DNA from: Tamlana crocina
Lineage (GTDB): Bacteria; Bacteroidota; Bacteroidia; Flavobacteriales; Flavobacteriaceae
Reading direction: 5' to 3'
Length of the DNA: 24,000 nucleotides
NCBI GenBank assembly: GCA_040429635.1
Contig: CP158972.1
Span: forward strand, 9,918 to 33,917
Program-made: the position numbers and the translations under genes
Notes under the pieces: model-generated
What the model was told of the DNA's origin: nothing
Databases searched by the model: none
What the model saw: the letters and a program-made list of their open reading frames with translations, nothing else
Shown: positions 1 through 10,600 of the stretch, in pieces
How positions within the stretch are numbered: position 1 is the first letter of the stretch
How the letters are laid out: each line of letters starts with the position of its first letter

Positions 1-2751
1 CCTATTCCCGGTGCCAATGTTATTGTTGTTGGAACTACCACCGGAACGGTTACCGATTTTGATGGCAACTTTACTTTAACCTATAGCCAGGCCCCACCCT
101 TCAAAGTACAGGCCAGTAGCGTAGGTTTTGAAACAGATACTAAAGAAGTTACTGCCAACAATCAAAACTTAACCTTTACCCTTAAAGAAGGTACCTCCCT
201 AGATGAAGTGGTTATTTCGGCTTCACGAACACCTGAACGTATTTTTGAATCGCCCGTTACGGTTGAAAGATTCGGACTAAAAGCATTAAAAACTACGGCT
301 TCTCCAGACTTTTATGGCGGGCTAGAAAATTTAAAAGGGGTTGACATCAACACCAACAGTCTAACCTTTAAATCAATTAACACCCGCGGCTTTGCCGCCT
401 TCGGGAACAACCGTTTTATGCAATTGGTTGATGGTATGGATAACTCGGCACCAGCCCTGAACTTTCCGTTAGGAAACTTAGTGGGGATGATTGACACCGA
501 CGTACAAAACATAGAACTGCTTCCGGGTGCAGCTTCGGCATTATACGGGGCAAATGCCTTTAACGGTATTTTATTCATGCAAAGTAAAAACCCTTTCGAT
601 TTTCCGGGAATCAGCGTTTCCATAAAGCGAGGTGTTACCTCCCAAGAGGCAGCAGGCACCAATCCGTACACCGATGTAGGCATGCGTGCCGCATATAAAT
701 TCAGTGACAAGTTTGCTGCTAAAGTGAATTTTGGATATTTAAGAGGAACCGATTGGATGGCCAATGATTTGGACGATAAAAATTTAGCGGGAGGCACCAG
801 AGAGACAAACATAAACTACAACGGTGTAAATGTTTATGGTGATGATTTTTCCATCAACATACACGATGTGGCTTTAAGGTTGGTCGAGCTGGGAAGAGCA
901 CCAGCTGGATCCGAAAACCTAGTTCCCTCGGTAGATGTAAGTAGAACGGGGTACGAAGAACAATATATGACCGATTATAAAGCCGAAAGTGTAAAAGCTG
1001 ATTGGGGACTTTATTACCGCCCATGGGCCAACGATTTCGAAATTCAATATGTGGGGAAAGTTGGCCGAGGATCTACCATTTACCAAGGTGCTCAACGTTA
1101 TATGATTGACAACTTTTCCATGCAGCAGCACAAATTGGAAGTTAGAAATGATAATTTCTTCCTACGTGGCTACATCACTTCTGATAAAGCTGGAGACTCT
1201 TATGTACTGGACGTAGCAGGCCCTAATTTATTAGCCAAATGGAAACCCCACGATGTTTGGTTTGGTGAATACACAGGCGCTTACATTCAATCGACTTTGG
1301 GCGGTGCCACTAACGAAGAGGCTCATGCCATTGCCCGCCAAACCGCCGAAACGGGACGCTTTATTCCAGGTACTCCCGAATATCAAAATGCGTTTGATGC
1401 CGTTATAAGCGACACCAACTTTTTAACGGGTTCAAAATTTCAGGATAATTCCAAAATTTACCATTCGGATGCCAACTATAACTTCAGCCACTTAATCGAT
1501 TGGGCCGAAATACAGGTAGGCGGTTCGTACAGAAGATACAAGTTAAACTCCTTCGGAACCATATATACCGACGCTCAAGGTCCCATTAACTATTCGGAAG
1601 TTGGCGTTTATACCCAAATTCAAAAAACAGTTATGGAACGCTTAAAGTTAACAGGCTCGATTCGCTACGATAAATCGGAACTGTTCGACGGATTCTTTTC
1701 GCCGCGTTTATCGGCAGGCTATACTTTAGGCGAAGACGAAAACCATAACGTTAGGGCTTCGGTCCAAACTGGTTTTAGAAATCCAAACACCCAAGATTTG
1801 TACATCGGGTTAGTTACCGGATTGGGCGTATTGATTGGTGGCGCCAATGATAATGGCGACCGTTTTGTACGGCCATATGAGGTGAGTCAATTTGCCCAAA
1901 ACAATTTGGGGCAACCATCTTCCATTTCTCAATCGGGTACTGCGGCCTACAATAACTCTCTATCCTCGACCGTGGCAGCAGGTTTGGCAACACACAACCC
2001 ATCTAGCAACGGAAGTGAATATATTGGAAACTCAAGCTATGTAAAACCGGAGCAAGTAACCTCTTTCGAAGTGGGTTACCGCGGAAAATTAAAAAATGTT
2101 ACCATCGATTTAAGTGCGTATTATAACACTTATCAAGATTTTATAGCGAACGAAACCGTGGCCGCTCCATACTACGGTAATGTTGCAAACTTCGATTTAA
2201 CAGGTTACGACCCTGCCAACCCGGCTTCAGTGGCGGGTTTAAACCAAGATACTCAGTTCATTCTTGCCGCCCTCCAAAACGATGATTTTGTAAGATACCA
2301 AACCTACACCAATTCAAGCACTGAAGTAAACTCATACGGTGGTGCCGTTGCAGTAAACACAAAAGTATTTGGCAATTTCGATCTTGGTGCTAACTATACC
2401 TACGCTAATTTCGATTTCGATAAAAAGGCCAACCCTAATTTCCGCCCCAGCTTCAACACACCTGAACACAAGGTAAAAGCTTCCTTTGGAAATACAGAAC
2501 TATTTAAAAACTTCGGATTTAACCTAGCTTGGAGATGGAGCGATAACTACTTGTGGCAATCGTCTTTTGGGGACGGCGAGATTGACTCCTATCACGTAGT
2601 TGACGCCCAATTGAATTATACAGTGCCCAGCATCAAATCTTCTTTTAAAATTGGTGCTTCAAACTTGTTGAACAATGAATACGCCACGGCTTTCGGTACC
2701 GGAAACATCGGATCGATTTACTACTTGTCTTGGACCATCAACAACCTGTAA
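1..2751 (+). CDS. TonB-dependent outer-membrane receptor, 5' end outside the window
   Basis: Frame 1 is open from base 1 (PIPGANVIVVGTTTGTVTDFDGNFTL), which reads like a carboxypeptidase-regulatory-like domain. A plug-like region follows (VVISASRTPE, NIELLPGAASALYGANAFNGIL), then a long Gly/Asn/Tyr-rich beta-barrel. The ATG/GTG at 208 in the ORF track is internal. Confidence 0.9.
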   Translation, partial: PIPGANVIVVGTTTGTVTDFDGNFTLTYSQAPPFKVQASSVGFETDTKEVTANNQNLTFTLKEGTSLDEVVISASRTPERIFESPVTVERFGLKALKTTASPDFYGGLENLKGVDINTNSLTFKSINTRGFAAFGNNRFMQLVDGMDNSAPALNFPLGNLVGMIDTDVQNIELLPGAASALYGANAFNGILFMQSKNPFDFPGISVSIKRGVTSQEAAGTNPYTDVGMRAAYKFSDKFAAKVNFGYLRGTDWMANDLDDKNLAGGTRETNINYNGVNVYGDDFSINIHDVALRLVELGRAPAGSENLVPSVDVSRTGYEEQYMTDYKAESVKADWGLYYRPWANDFEIQYVGKVGRGSTIYQGAQRYMIDNFSMQQHKLEVRNDNFFLRGYITSDKAGDSYVLDVAGPNLLAKWKPHDVWFGEYTGAYIQSTLGGATNEEAHAIARQTAETGRFIPGTPEYQNAFDAVISDTNFLTGSKFQDNSKIYHSDANYNFSHLIDWAEIQVGGSYRRYKLNSFGTIYTDAQGPINYSEVGVYTQIQKTVMERLKLTGSIRYDKSELFDGFFSPRLSAGYTLGEDENHNVRASVQTGFRNPNTQDLYIGLVTGLGVLIGGANDNGDRFVRPYEVSQFAQNNLGQPSSISQSGTAAYNNSLSSTVAAGLATHNPSSNGSEYIGNSSYVKPEQVTSFEVGYRGKLKNVTIDLSAYYNTYQDFIANETVAAPYYGNVANFDLTGYDPANPASVAGLNQDTQFILAALQNDDFVRYQTYTNSSTEVNSYGGAVAVNTKVFGNFDLGANYTYANFDFDKKANPNFRPSFNTPEHKVKASFGNTELFKNFGFNLAWRWSDNYLWQSSFGDGEIDSYHVVDAQLNYTVPSIKSSFKIGASNLLNNEYATAFGTGNIGSIYYLSWTINNL

Positions 2752-2771
2752 AAATTAAAACATTGCAAAAC

Positions 2772-4298
2772 ATGAAAACGTTAAAATATATATTCCTTTC
2801 TACTTTATTTATTGCTTTTTATTCCTGTGAGGACGATGACAGCAATACCGTTATGGAAGAACCGCTTCCGGAACTCACCGCCGGATCGGCAGATTTCTCA
2901 ACTTACGTAGCCGTAGGAAACTCTTTAACTGCAGGGTTTACAGACAATGCCCTTTTTAAGGCTGCACAAGAAAACGCTACTCCTAATATACTGTCACAAA
3001 AATTTGCTTTAGCAGGTGGAGGTGATTTTTCATTACCGCTAATGGAAGATAATTTTGGTGGCATTGCCTTTGGCGGTAACAGATTACCCGGTTTTAACCC
3101 GAGACTGGTTTTTGGTGGTGCCGGCCCCGTTCCGTTAGAAAGTGTAGTTGGACCAGTAACGGTGACCACCGATCTCACTTCAAACCCAACTGGTCCTTTC
3201 AATAATATGGGCGTGCCAGGCGCAAAAAGTTTCCATTTGTTATTTGATGGCTACGGAAATCCTGCTGGCTTACAAACTACACCAGCCACTGCAAACCCTT
3301 ATTTTGTAAGAATGGCTTCGGCTCCCAATGCCACTATTCTGGGAGATGCCATGGCCCAATCGCCAACCTTCTTCACCCTTTGGATTGGCAATAACGATGT
3401 ACTGGGTTATGCAACTTCTGGTGGAGATGGTTCAAACCCCATCACTCCCGTAGATGGTCCTCCAGGCGTTGGATTCAGCCAAACTTACGGGGCGCTGGTA
3501 ACCACATTAATCTCGCAAGGCGCGCAAGGTGTTGTGGCAAACATACCTTATGTAACCGATATCCCGCATTTTACAACCGTCCCACACAACCCCATTCCGC
3601 TAGATGCATCAACGGCCACCGCCGTGAATCAAGCTTACGCCGAATATAACGGTGGTATCCAAGCGGCACTAGCTGCTCTTGCAGGCACCGGTTTATTTAC
3701 CGAAGAAGAAGCCAATTTAAGAATGATTAATTTTTCAGCGGGTGCGGGCAACGCTGTTGTTATTGAAGATGAAAGCTTAACCGATCTTGGTGCTATTAAC
3801 CCTGCCTTTGCGGCGCTTCCAAAAATCCGTCAAGCTACGGCCGATGATTTATTGGTGCTTACCGCATCATCGTTTATTGGTACGGAAGCCGTTCCCGGAA
3901 ACTCTTTAACCGTTAATGGTGTTGCTGTTCCTTTGGCCGACAAATGGGTATTGATTCCTAGCGAGCAAGCTGAAATCAAAACAGCCATCGATGCTTTTAA
4001 TGCCACCATTAAAGCCACAGCAACACAAGCAGGTTTGGCCTTTGTTGATGCCAATGCCTTGCTTAACCAATTAGCAAACGGAGGCATTTCCAGTAATAGT
4101 TTCACTTTAAATTCCAGTTTGGTGTTTGGCGGCGCGTTTTCTTTAGATGGTATTCACCCCACTGCGAGAGGCAATGCTTTAATAGCCAACGAATTTATGA
4201 AAGCTATTGATGCCACTTACTCCTCTAACTTTGAGGCTTCGGGCAACTTGGTAGACATTGGTAACTACCCTACCAACTACTCGCCAACATTGCAATAA
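2772..4298 (+). CDS. SGNH/GDSL-family hydrolase lipoprotein, probably surface exposed
   Basis: The start is placed at ATG 2772, giving the signal MKTLKYIFLSTLFIAFYSC with a lipobox Cys followed by EDDD. SGNH block I is VAVGNSLTAGF, block III is LWIGNNDVLGY, and block V is SLDGIHPTARGN (DxxH). The ORF-track start at 2730 overlaps the receptor gene and lacks a signal peptide. Confidence 0.85.
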   Translation: MKTLKYIFLSTLFIAFYSCEDDDSNTVMEEPLPELTAGSADFSTYVAVGNSLTAGFTDNALFKAAQENATPNILSQKFALAGGGDFSLPLMEDNFGGIAFGGNRLPGFNPRLVFGGAGPVPLESVVGPVTVTTDLTSNPTGPFNNMGVPGAKSFHLLFDGYGNPAGLQTTPATANPYFVRMASAPNATILGDAMAQSPTFFTLWIGNNDVLGYATSGGDGSNPITPVDGPPGVGFSQTYGALVTTLISQGAQGVVANIPYVTDIPHFTTVPHNPIPLDASTATAVNQAYAEYNGGIQAALAALAGTGLFTEEEANLRMINFSAGAGNAVVIEDESLTDLGAINPAFAALPKIRQATADDLLVLTASSFIGTEAVPGNSLTVNGVAVPLADKWVLIPSEQAEIKTAIDAFNATIKATATQAGLAFVDANALLNQLANGGISSNSFTLNSSLVFGGAFSLDGIHPTARGNALIANEFMKAIDATYSSNFEASGNLVDIGNYPTNYSPTLQ

Positions 4299-4325
4299 AT
4301 AAAAGCAGATAAACATTTATATAAT

Positions 4326-4350
4326 ACCCTCGAAATGAGGGTGTTTTTTT
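4326..4350 (+). terminator. Rho-independent terminator after the GDSL lipoprotein gene
   Basis: Stem accctc / gagggt with loop gaaat, followed by a T7 run. Confidence 0.7.
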
Positions 4351-4397
4351 ATTCCAAAAAACCTAGAAAAACAACTTTTATTTTAAATTAAAAGGTA

Positions 4398-4405
4398 TAT
4401 CTTTG
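4398..4405 (+). promoter_or_regulatory. Candidate Bacteroidota -7 promoter box (TAnnTTTG) for atpDC
   Basis: The sequence tatctttg matches TAnnTTTG about 60 nt upstream of the atpD ATG. No clear -33 TTG partner was found. Confidence 0.35.
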
Positions 4406-4462
4406 CAGCCGAAAACCAAAACAGTTTTCACACAATTAAATCGCATAATATTAAACAAATAA

Positions 4463-5974
<1,512 letters not shown>

Positions 5975-5984
5975 AATTAGTTGA

Positions 5985-6040
5985 CAGTTTTCAGTCGCAG
6001 TTTTTCGGTGACTACAAACTAAAGACCACAAACTAAAGAC
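5985..6040. repeat. Two adjacent short tandem duplications in the atpD-atpC spacer
   Basis: cagttttcagtcg (5985-5997) is followed by cagtttttcggtg (5998-6010). acaaactaaagac occurs at 6014-6026 and again at 6028-6040 with a period of 14. Confidence 0.8.
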
Positions 6041-6048
6041 TAAGAAAT

Positions 6049-6327
6049 ATGTATTTAGAAATCGTATCACCAGAAGCTACACTATTTAGCGGCGAAGTAG
6101 ACGCCGTAGCCGTACCAGGTGTAAATGGTGAGTTTCAAATGTTGAACAACCACGCAGCTATTGTTTCTTCTTTAAAGGAAGGCTTTATTAAAATTTCTGG
6201 AGCAGTGACCTTAAACGCCGATGTTGAGGACAACTTTTCAAAAGGAGAGAACAATACAACCCTATTGAAAATCAATTCCGGAACTGTTGAAATGAAAGAC
6301 AACAAAGTGATTGTTTTAGCAGACTAA
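6049..6327 (+). CDS. atpC: F0F1 ATP synthase subunit epsilon (short form)
   Basis: It lies immediately downstream of atpD. The N-terminus LEIVSPEATLFSGEVDAVAVPGVNGEFQMLNNHAAIVSSL is typical of an epsilon beta-sandwich. Confidence 0.9.
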   Translation: MYLEIVSPEATLFSGEVDAVAVPGVNGEFQMLNNHAAIVSSLKEGFIKISGAVTLNADVEDNFSKGENNTTLLKINSGTVEMKDNKVIVLAD

Positions 6328-6345
6328 ATTTCATTACACAACATA

Positions 6346-6380
6346 AATAAAAACGCGAAACTTAGGTTTCGCGTTTTTTT
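6346..6380. terminator. Bidirectional rho-independent terminator between convergent atpC and umuD
   Basis: Perfect 11-bp stem aaacgcgaaac (6351-6361) / gtttcgcgttt (6366-6376) with loop ttag. An A-run lies 5' and a T-run 3'. Confidence 0.85.
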
Positions 6381-6399
6381 ATGCCGTTAAGCCGTATTT

Positions 6400-6840
6400 T
6401 CAAACCTTTTTTATCACATTGGTTACAATGCCCCAAATTAAAAAATTATTGTCTTCCGTAATTTTAATGATAGGATAATCAGGATTTTCGGGCTGCAACC
6501 ACACCTCGCCTCCCGAAACACGCAAACGCTTTACTGTAAATTCGCCATCCAAAAAGCAAACGGCTATTTTATTGTTTGAAGGCTCCAAACTTCTATCAAT
6601 TACCAAAAGATCGTTATCCTCTAGCCCTGCCCCAATCATCGATTGGCCACTTACACGGGCATAAAAGGTCGCTTCTTTATTTTTAACCAACTCTTCGTCC
6701 AAAGACAAACGCTGCTCTTTAAAATCTTCAGCCGGCGAAGGAAACCCTGCCGAAATTCCAGCATCAAAAAAATGTGCCGCAGCACCATCAATGGTTTGCG
6801 GGGTAAAAAACGTTAAACTTCCAGATCTGTGTGCTATCAT
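6400..6840 (-). CDS. umuD: UmuD-like S24 peptidase, autoproteolytic subunit of translesion polymerase V
   Basis: ISAGFPSPAEDF provides an Ala-Gly cleavage-site context. SGQSMIGAGLEDNDLLVIDRS holds the Ser nucleophile and FTVKRL the Lys. There is no N-terminal HTH. The start overlaps the umuC stop as ATGA. Confidence 0.88.
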   Translation of the reverse strand: MIAHRSGSLTFFTPQTIDGAAAHFFDAGISAGFPSPAEDFKEQRLSLDEELVKNKEATFYARVSGQSMIGAGLEDNDLLVIDRSLEPSNNKIAVCFLDGEFTVKRLRVSGGEVWLQPENPDYPIIKITEDNNFLIWGIVTNVIKKV

Positions 6841-8090
6841 CTTACTAAAATAATATCGTTAATGTTTGTGGTGTACCGCGGCGACAATCGCTCTTGGCGC
6901 ATTTTCCATGTACGCTTTAAGTCTTGGTTGCCCAATTTTATTTTATGGCTTTTGTATTTTGAGTTTAAAAAATCAATAGACTGCATTAAGGGTTGGTGCT
7001 TGGGGTTTTCCTTATCGAATAACTGTAACTGATGGTTATTGGTCGGCACCAAACCCGTAACGATTACACCCGCCCGTTTGTACTTAATGCCTTCCTTAAA
7101 AATAGCTGTTACGGCATCAACCGCACACTGGCTTATAATCAAAGAAGAACTGGTTGGGTAAGATAAGCTAATACTTTTACTTGTTCGATGTTGTGGCAAA
7201 TCTTTTTTATGCCTATCGCTGCTCAACATCACAATAATCATGTGGCAACTGGAACCTTGCTGCCTCAATTTTTCGGCGCAAGCGGTGGCAAAGGTAGAAA
7301 TGCGCTCTTTTATATTATCGATATCCGAATATGTATATTCAAAACTTCTGGTGGTGGCTATGGCCCGTTTGTTTTGGGGCTCGTCCAAAATTATTTTCGA
7401 ATTGCCTTCTAGATCTTTTTTCAATTTCCACTCGGTTATTGAAAAGGTTTTCCGAACCCATTCATCTGGCAATTGCGTAAAATCGTAAGCCGTTTTACAA
7501 CCTTTAGCCTGAAGCCTTTTGCTCAATCTTCGGCCAATGCCCCAAACATCTTCAATCTTAATCCACTTTAGAGCTTTAATACGCTTTTCTTCAGAATCTA
7601 TCACATAAATGCCTTTGGTTTGCTTCGGAAATTTACGCGCTATCCTATTGGCCACTTTGCTCAAAGCTTTGGTTGGTGCGATACCTACACAGGTTGGAAT
7701 ACCCGTCCATTTTAAAATCCGACTCCTGATTTGGGTGGCATACTCGTTAAAATTGTAATTATGGAATCCTTTAAATTGAAGAAAAGCCTCATCGATGCTA
7801 TACACTTCAACATCGGGCGTAAACTGTTCCAAGATTTTCATTACCCTGCTACTCATATCGCCGTACAACGGATAATTGGAAGAAAACACCTGAATGTTGT
7901 TGGCCTTGCAAAAGCCTTCCCATTTAAAAATAGGCGCCCCCATGGGCAACCCCAATGCTTTGGCTTCATCGCTTCGCGAAATAACACAGCCATCGTTGCT
8001 TAAAATAGCAACGGGCTTCCCCTGCAAATTCGGGTTGAACACCCGCTCGCATGAGGCATAAAAGTTATTACAATCTACTAAAGCAAACAT
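6837..8090 (-). CDS. umuC: Y-family DNA polymerase, UmuC-like
   Basis: MFALVDCNNFYASCERVFNPNLQGKPVAILSNDGCVISRS is present, together with SIDEAFL and VGIAPTKALSKVAN. Confidence 0.93.
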   Translation of the reverse strand: MFALVDCNNFYASCERVFNPNLQGKPVAILSNDGCVISRSDEAKALGLPMGAPIFKWEGFCKANNIQVFSSNYPLYGDMSSRVMKILEQFTPDVEVYSIDEAFLQFKGFHNYNFNEYATQIRSRILKWTGIPTCVGIAPTKALSKVANRIARKFPKQTKGIYVIDSEEKRIKALKWIKIEDVWGIGRRLSKRLQAKGCKTAYDFTQLPDEWVRKTFSITEWKLKKDLEGNSKIILDEPQNKRAIATTRSFEYTYSDIDNIKERISTFATACAEKLRQQGSSCHMIIVMLSSDRHKKDLPQHRTSKSISLSYPTSSSLIISQCAVDAVTAIFKEGIKYKRAGVIVTGLVPTNNHQLQLFDKENPKHQPLMQSIDFLNSKYKSHKIKLGNQDLKRTWKMRQERLSPRYTTNINDIILVR

Positions 8091-8104
8091 ATGTAAATTT
8101 ACGT
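8091..8104 (-). promoter_or_regulatory. Palindrome abutting the umuC start codon: candidate operator and/or -7 box
   Basis: atgtaaatttacgt has a perfect 10-bp palindromic core gtaaatttac (8093-8102). On the minus strand it reads TAAATTTAcat-ATG, a near TAnnTTTG box 3 nt from the ATG. Confidence 0.3.
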
Positions 8105-8147
8105 CTTTTCGATTAGTTTAACGTTAAAAAAAATGGGGTATGTGTTA

Positions 8148-8181
8148 AAAATCAATCCTTCTTTTTAAAAGGATTGATTTT
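8148..8181 (-). terminator. Hairpin terminator downstream of the symporter gene
   Basis: 13-bp stem aaaatcaatcctt (8148-8160) / aaggattgatttt (8169-8181) with loop ctttttaa. It is U-rich on both strands. Confidence 0.6.
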
Positions 8182-8221
8182 CAATTTACTTAACAAAACC
8201 AGACAAGGATTCTGCAGCAAA

Positions 8222-10035
8222 TTACAGAACTGTACTTTTTACTTCTTTCCAGACTTTAATCAATAATACCGCAGAAATTAGAGCTGTACCGGTAAATATT
8301 ACAGCAAGATTAAACTCACCATAAATCCAATATCCTGTAGCGAACAAGCAACTATAAATAAGCGCACACCCAAAGAGCATAGCTAGAATGCCCGAAGGCA
8401 CACTCCAGCCTTCTTTAGTTGTTACTATGGTAATGTTTTCAGTTGCAGCTTCATCAACCACTTTTTTCCATCCTGGCCCACCAGGCTGTATTTTATTAAA
8501 AACAACTGTAGCACGTCCTTACTTTCCGGTTGGGTTAAAAAGGTAACGACCAACCACAAAATGGTTGTTACCAATACTATTGATGGAAATTTGGCCCAAG
8601 TTGGAAACACACTACTCTCTTCTCCAAAAAAGTATGTTCCCAAGGTTGTAAAATTCAATAAGATTGAAATAATACCCGATGAAAACATAGCTGCTATTTC
8701 GCTCCACGCATTGATGCGCCACCAAAACCAGCGTAATATAAAAATGAGTCCTGTTCCAGCTCCAAACATCAAAATAATATCGAACAACTGTAATGCATTC
8801 TGAAGTACCAACGCCAGCAATGCACTGCAAACCATTAAAATTACTGTTGAAATTTTACCTACAGCAACCTTCTGTTTTTCGGTAGCATTTTTATTAATCT
8901 GCTGAATATAAAAATCGTTAACAATATATGAAGACCCCCAATTTAAATGTGTAGAAATGGTTGACATGTAAGCTGCTGCCAACGATGCCAAAACCACCCC
9001 CAATAAACCTGCTGGTAATTTGGTAAGCATAGCAGAATAGGCCAAATCATGCCCCAATTTACTTTCAGTAACATTTGGAAATGCTTGTTGGATACTGGCC
9101 ACATCGGGATACACCACTAATGAAGCCAAAGCCACAATAATCCATGGCCAAGGACGTAAGGCGTAGTGCATAATATTAAAAAAGAAAGTAGCCCCAATAG
9201 CATGATTTTCGTCTTTTGCGGCAAGCATTCGCTGGGCAATATACCCACCACCGCCGGGCTCTGCTCCAGGATACCATGCACTCCACCATTGCACTGCCAA
9301 AGGGATAATCAACAAAACAATAAGCGAATTTGTATCGTTAAAATCTGGGAGCAACGAGAGTTTATCAGTTACTTGATTATTTTCAATTAAGGCAGCCATA
9401 CCACCCACCTCCGGAAGATTAACCAAGTAATATGCCGCACCAACTGAGCCTGTCATCGCCACAAAAAAGAGTAAAAAATCGGTATACACCACACCTTTAA
9501 AACCTCCTATGGCACTAAAAACAACCGTTACCAAACCAGCTATAATAACAGTTTGCCAAGGTTCCAACCCCAACATAATACCTCCTATTTTAATAGCTGC
9601 TAGAGTTACGGCCGACATCGCCAAAACATTGAACACCACTCCCAAATACACTGCACGGAAACCGCGCAAAAAACGGGCTGGTTTTCCGCCATAGCGCAAC
9701 TCATAAAACTCGATATCGGTACTCACTTCCGATTTACGCCATAACTTGGCATAAACAAAAACCGTAAGCAAACCGGTAAGCAAAAAAGCCCACCATACCC
9801 AGTTTCCGGAAACTCCGTTGGTTCTTACTATATCAGTAACAAGGTTTGGCGTATCGGTAGAAAATGTGGTGGCCACCATAGAGAGTCCCAAAAGCCACCA
9901 AGGCATGGAGCGTCCTGACAGAAAATATTCGGATGAATTTTCTCCCGATTTTTTTGACACCCAAAATCCAATAAATAATGTAATTGAAAAAAACAGAACT
10001 ATTAGTACATAGTCTATTGTATGCAGCTGCACCAT
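8222..10035 (-). pseudogene. Sodium:solute symporter (SSF) family transporter, split by an apparent 1-nt frameshift into fragments 8425..10035 and 8222..8461
   Basis: The 536-aa ORF is a polytopic SSF-like protein. After ...SKDVLQLF it turns into unconvincing sequence. The next frame reads FNKIQPGGPGWKKVVDEAATEN... and runs into the 79-aa ORF, which encodes two more TM helices. One extra T in the coding-strand T5 run (plus-strand A5 at 8498-8502) would fuse the two. Confidence 0.85.
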
Positions 10036-10101
10036 AACGTTATTTGTTTGCTTTTGTGAATTGTAAATCTATTAGAATCATAATGAAAATGGTTTCTAAC
10101 T

Positions 10102-10550
10102 TTAAAATAGCTTCCCGTTTTCAATAATAACAAAGCCATTGCGCTTGTAAGTTACTTTGGTACCGTTGGCGCAAAACGTATATTTTCCGTTCGATTTACG
10201 TTCGGATGCCCACAACAAAATCACCTCATCAACGGTACAATTGTAATCTTTGGCCACTTTCTTTTTTACATCATCAATAGTGGCTCGGCCTTTTTTTAGT
10301 TGATTTTGAACCTTACCATTCAATTTTGGTTCTTCAAAATCTGCCGGCACATTACAGCCATCCTCTTCGAGCCCAGCCTCAACAAGTACTTCTTCAGCCT
10401 GTTTCGGAGCCTCCAAATCAATATATTCCCAAGTGTAATCAGCTTTCAACAATACACGCCTACCGTCTTCGGTTTTTACAATGTAATTGTTTTGGGCAAA
10501 ACCCGCGCGTACGATAGAATGGAAAGTAAAAGAACGGCGTATATTTTCAT
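10102..10550 (-). pseudogene. Small secreted protein of unknown function; signal peptide and mature part are in different frames
   Basis: The ATG at 10550 encodes a textbook signal MKIYAVLLLSILSYA, which stops after 24 codons. The long ORF frame carries ...AGFAQNNYIVKTEDGRRVLLKADYTWEYIDL.... Its own N-terminus (MQNLYFWFYSKQIYHENIRR) is not signal-like and overlaps the bioF promoter region. One added base near gcgcggg (10502-10509) joins the two frames. Confidence 0.6.
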
Positions 10551-10592
10551 GGTATATCTGTTTTGAATAGAACCAAAAGTACAAATTTTGCA

Positions 10593-10600
10593 TACATTTG
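10593..10600 (+). promoter_or_regulatory. Candidate -7 box (TAnnTTTG) for the biotin cluster
   Basis: tacatttg ends 4 nt before the bioF ATG at 10605, which would give a leaderless or nearly leaderless mRNA. Confidence 0.4.

Noticed and set aside
312-812. 166-aa antisense ORF, and similar antisense or overlapping ORFs (919..1131, 1814..2002, 2903..3202, 3830..4105, 5086..5329, 7188..8003, 8561..9694, 9818..10012, 10300..10566, 11089..11280, 11894..12115, 12739..13358, 13583..13816, 14436..14660, 15198..15584, 16085..16733, 17303..17772, 19072..19283, 20827..21015, 22399..22602, 23750..23974)
   Set aside because: Each lies inside or opposite a gene with strong, motif-supported coding signal. 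Their translations are low-complexity or Arg/Ser/Pro/Cys-rich, and none has a recognisable domain. They are shadow ORFs.
5985-6040. Short direct repeats as a possible CRISPR array
   Set aside because: There are only two copies each of 13-14 nt units with no spacers. No cas genes are present in the window.
6400-8090. umuDC as a marker of an integrative element or prophage
   Set aside because: No integrase, transposase, att-like repeats or phage genes flank it. The neighbours are housekeeping genes (atpDC, a transporter).
8222-8461. 79-aa ORF as an independent small membrane protein
   Set aside because: Its frame continues upstream as FNKIQPGGPGWKKVVDEA, directly abutting the symporter body. 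It is better explained as the displaced C-terminus of the symporter.
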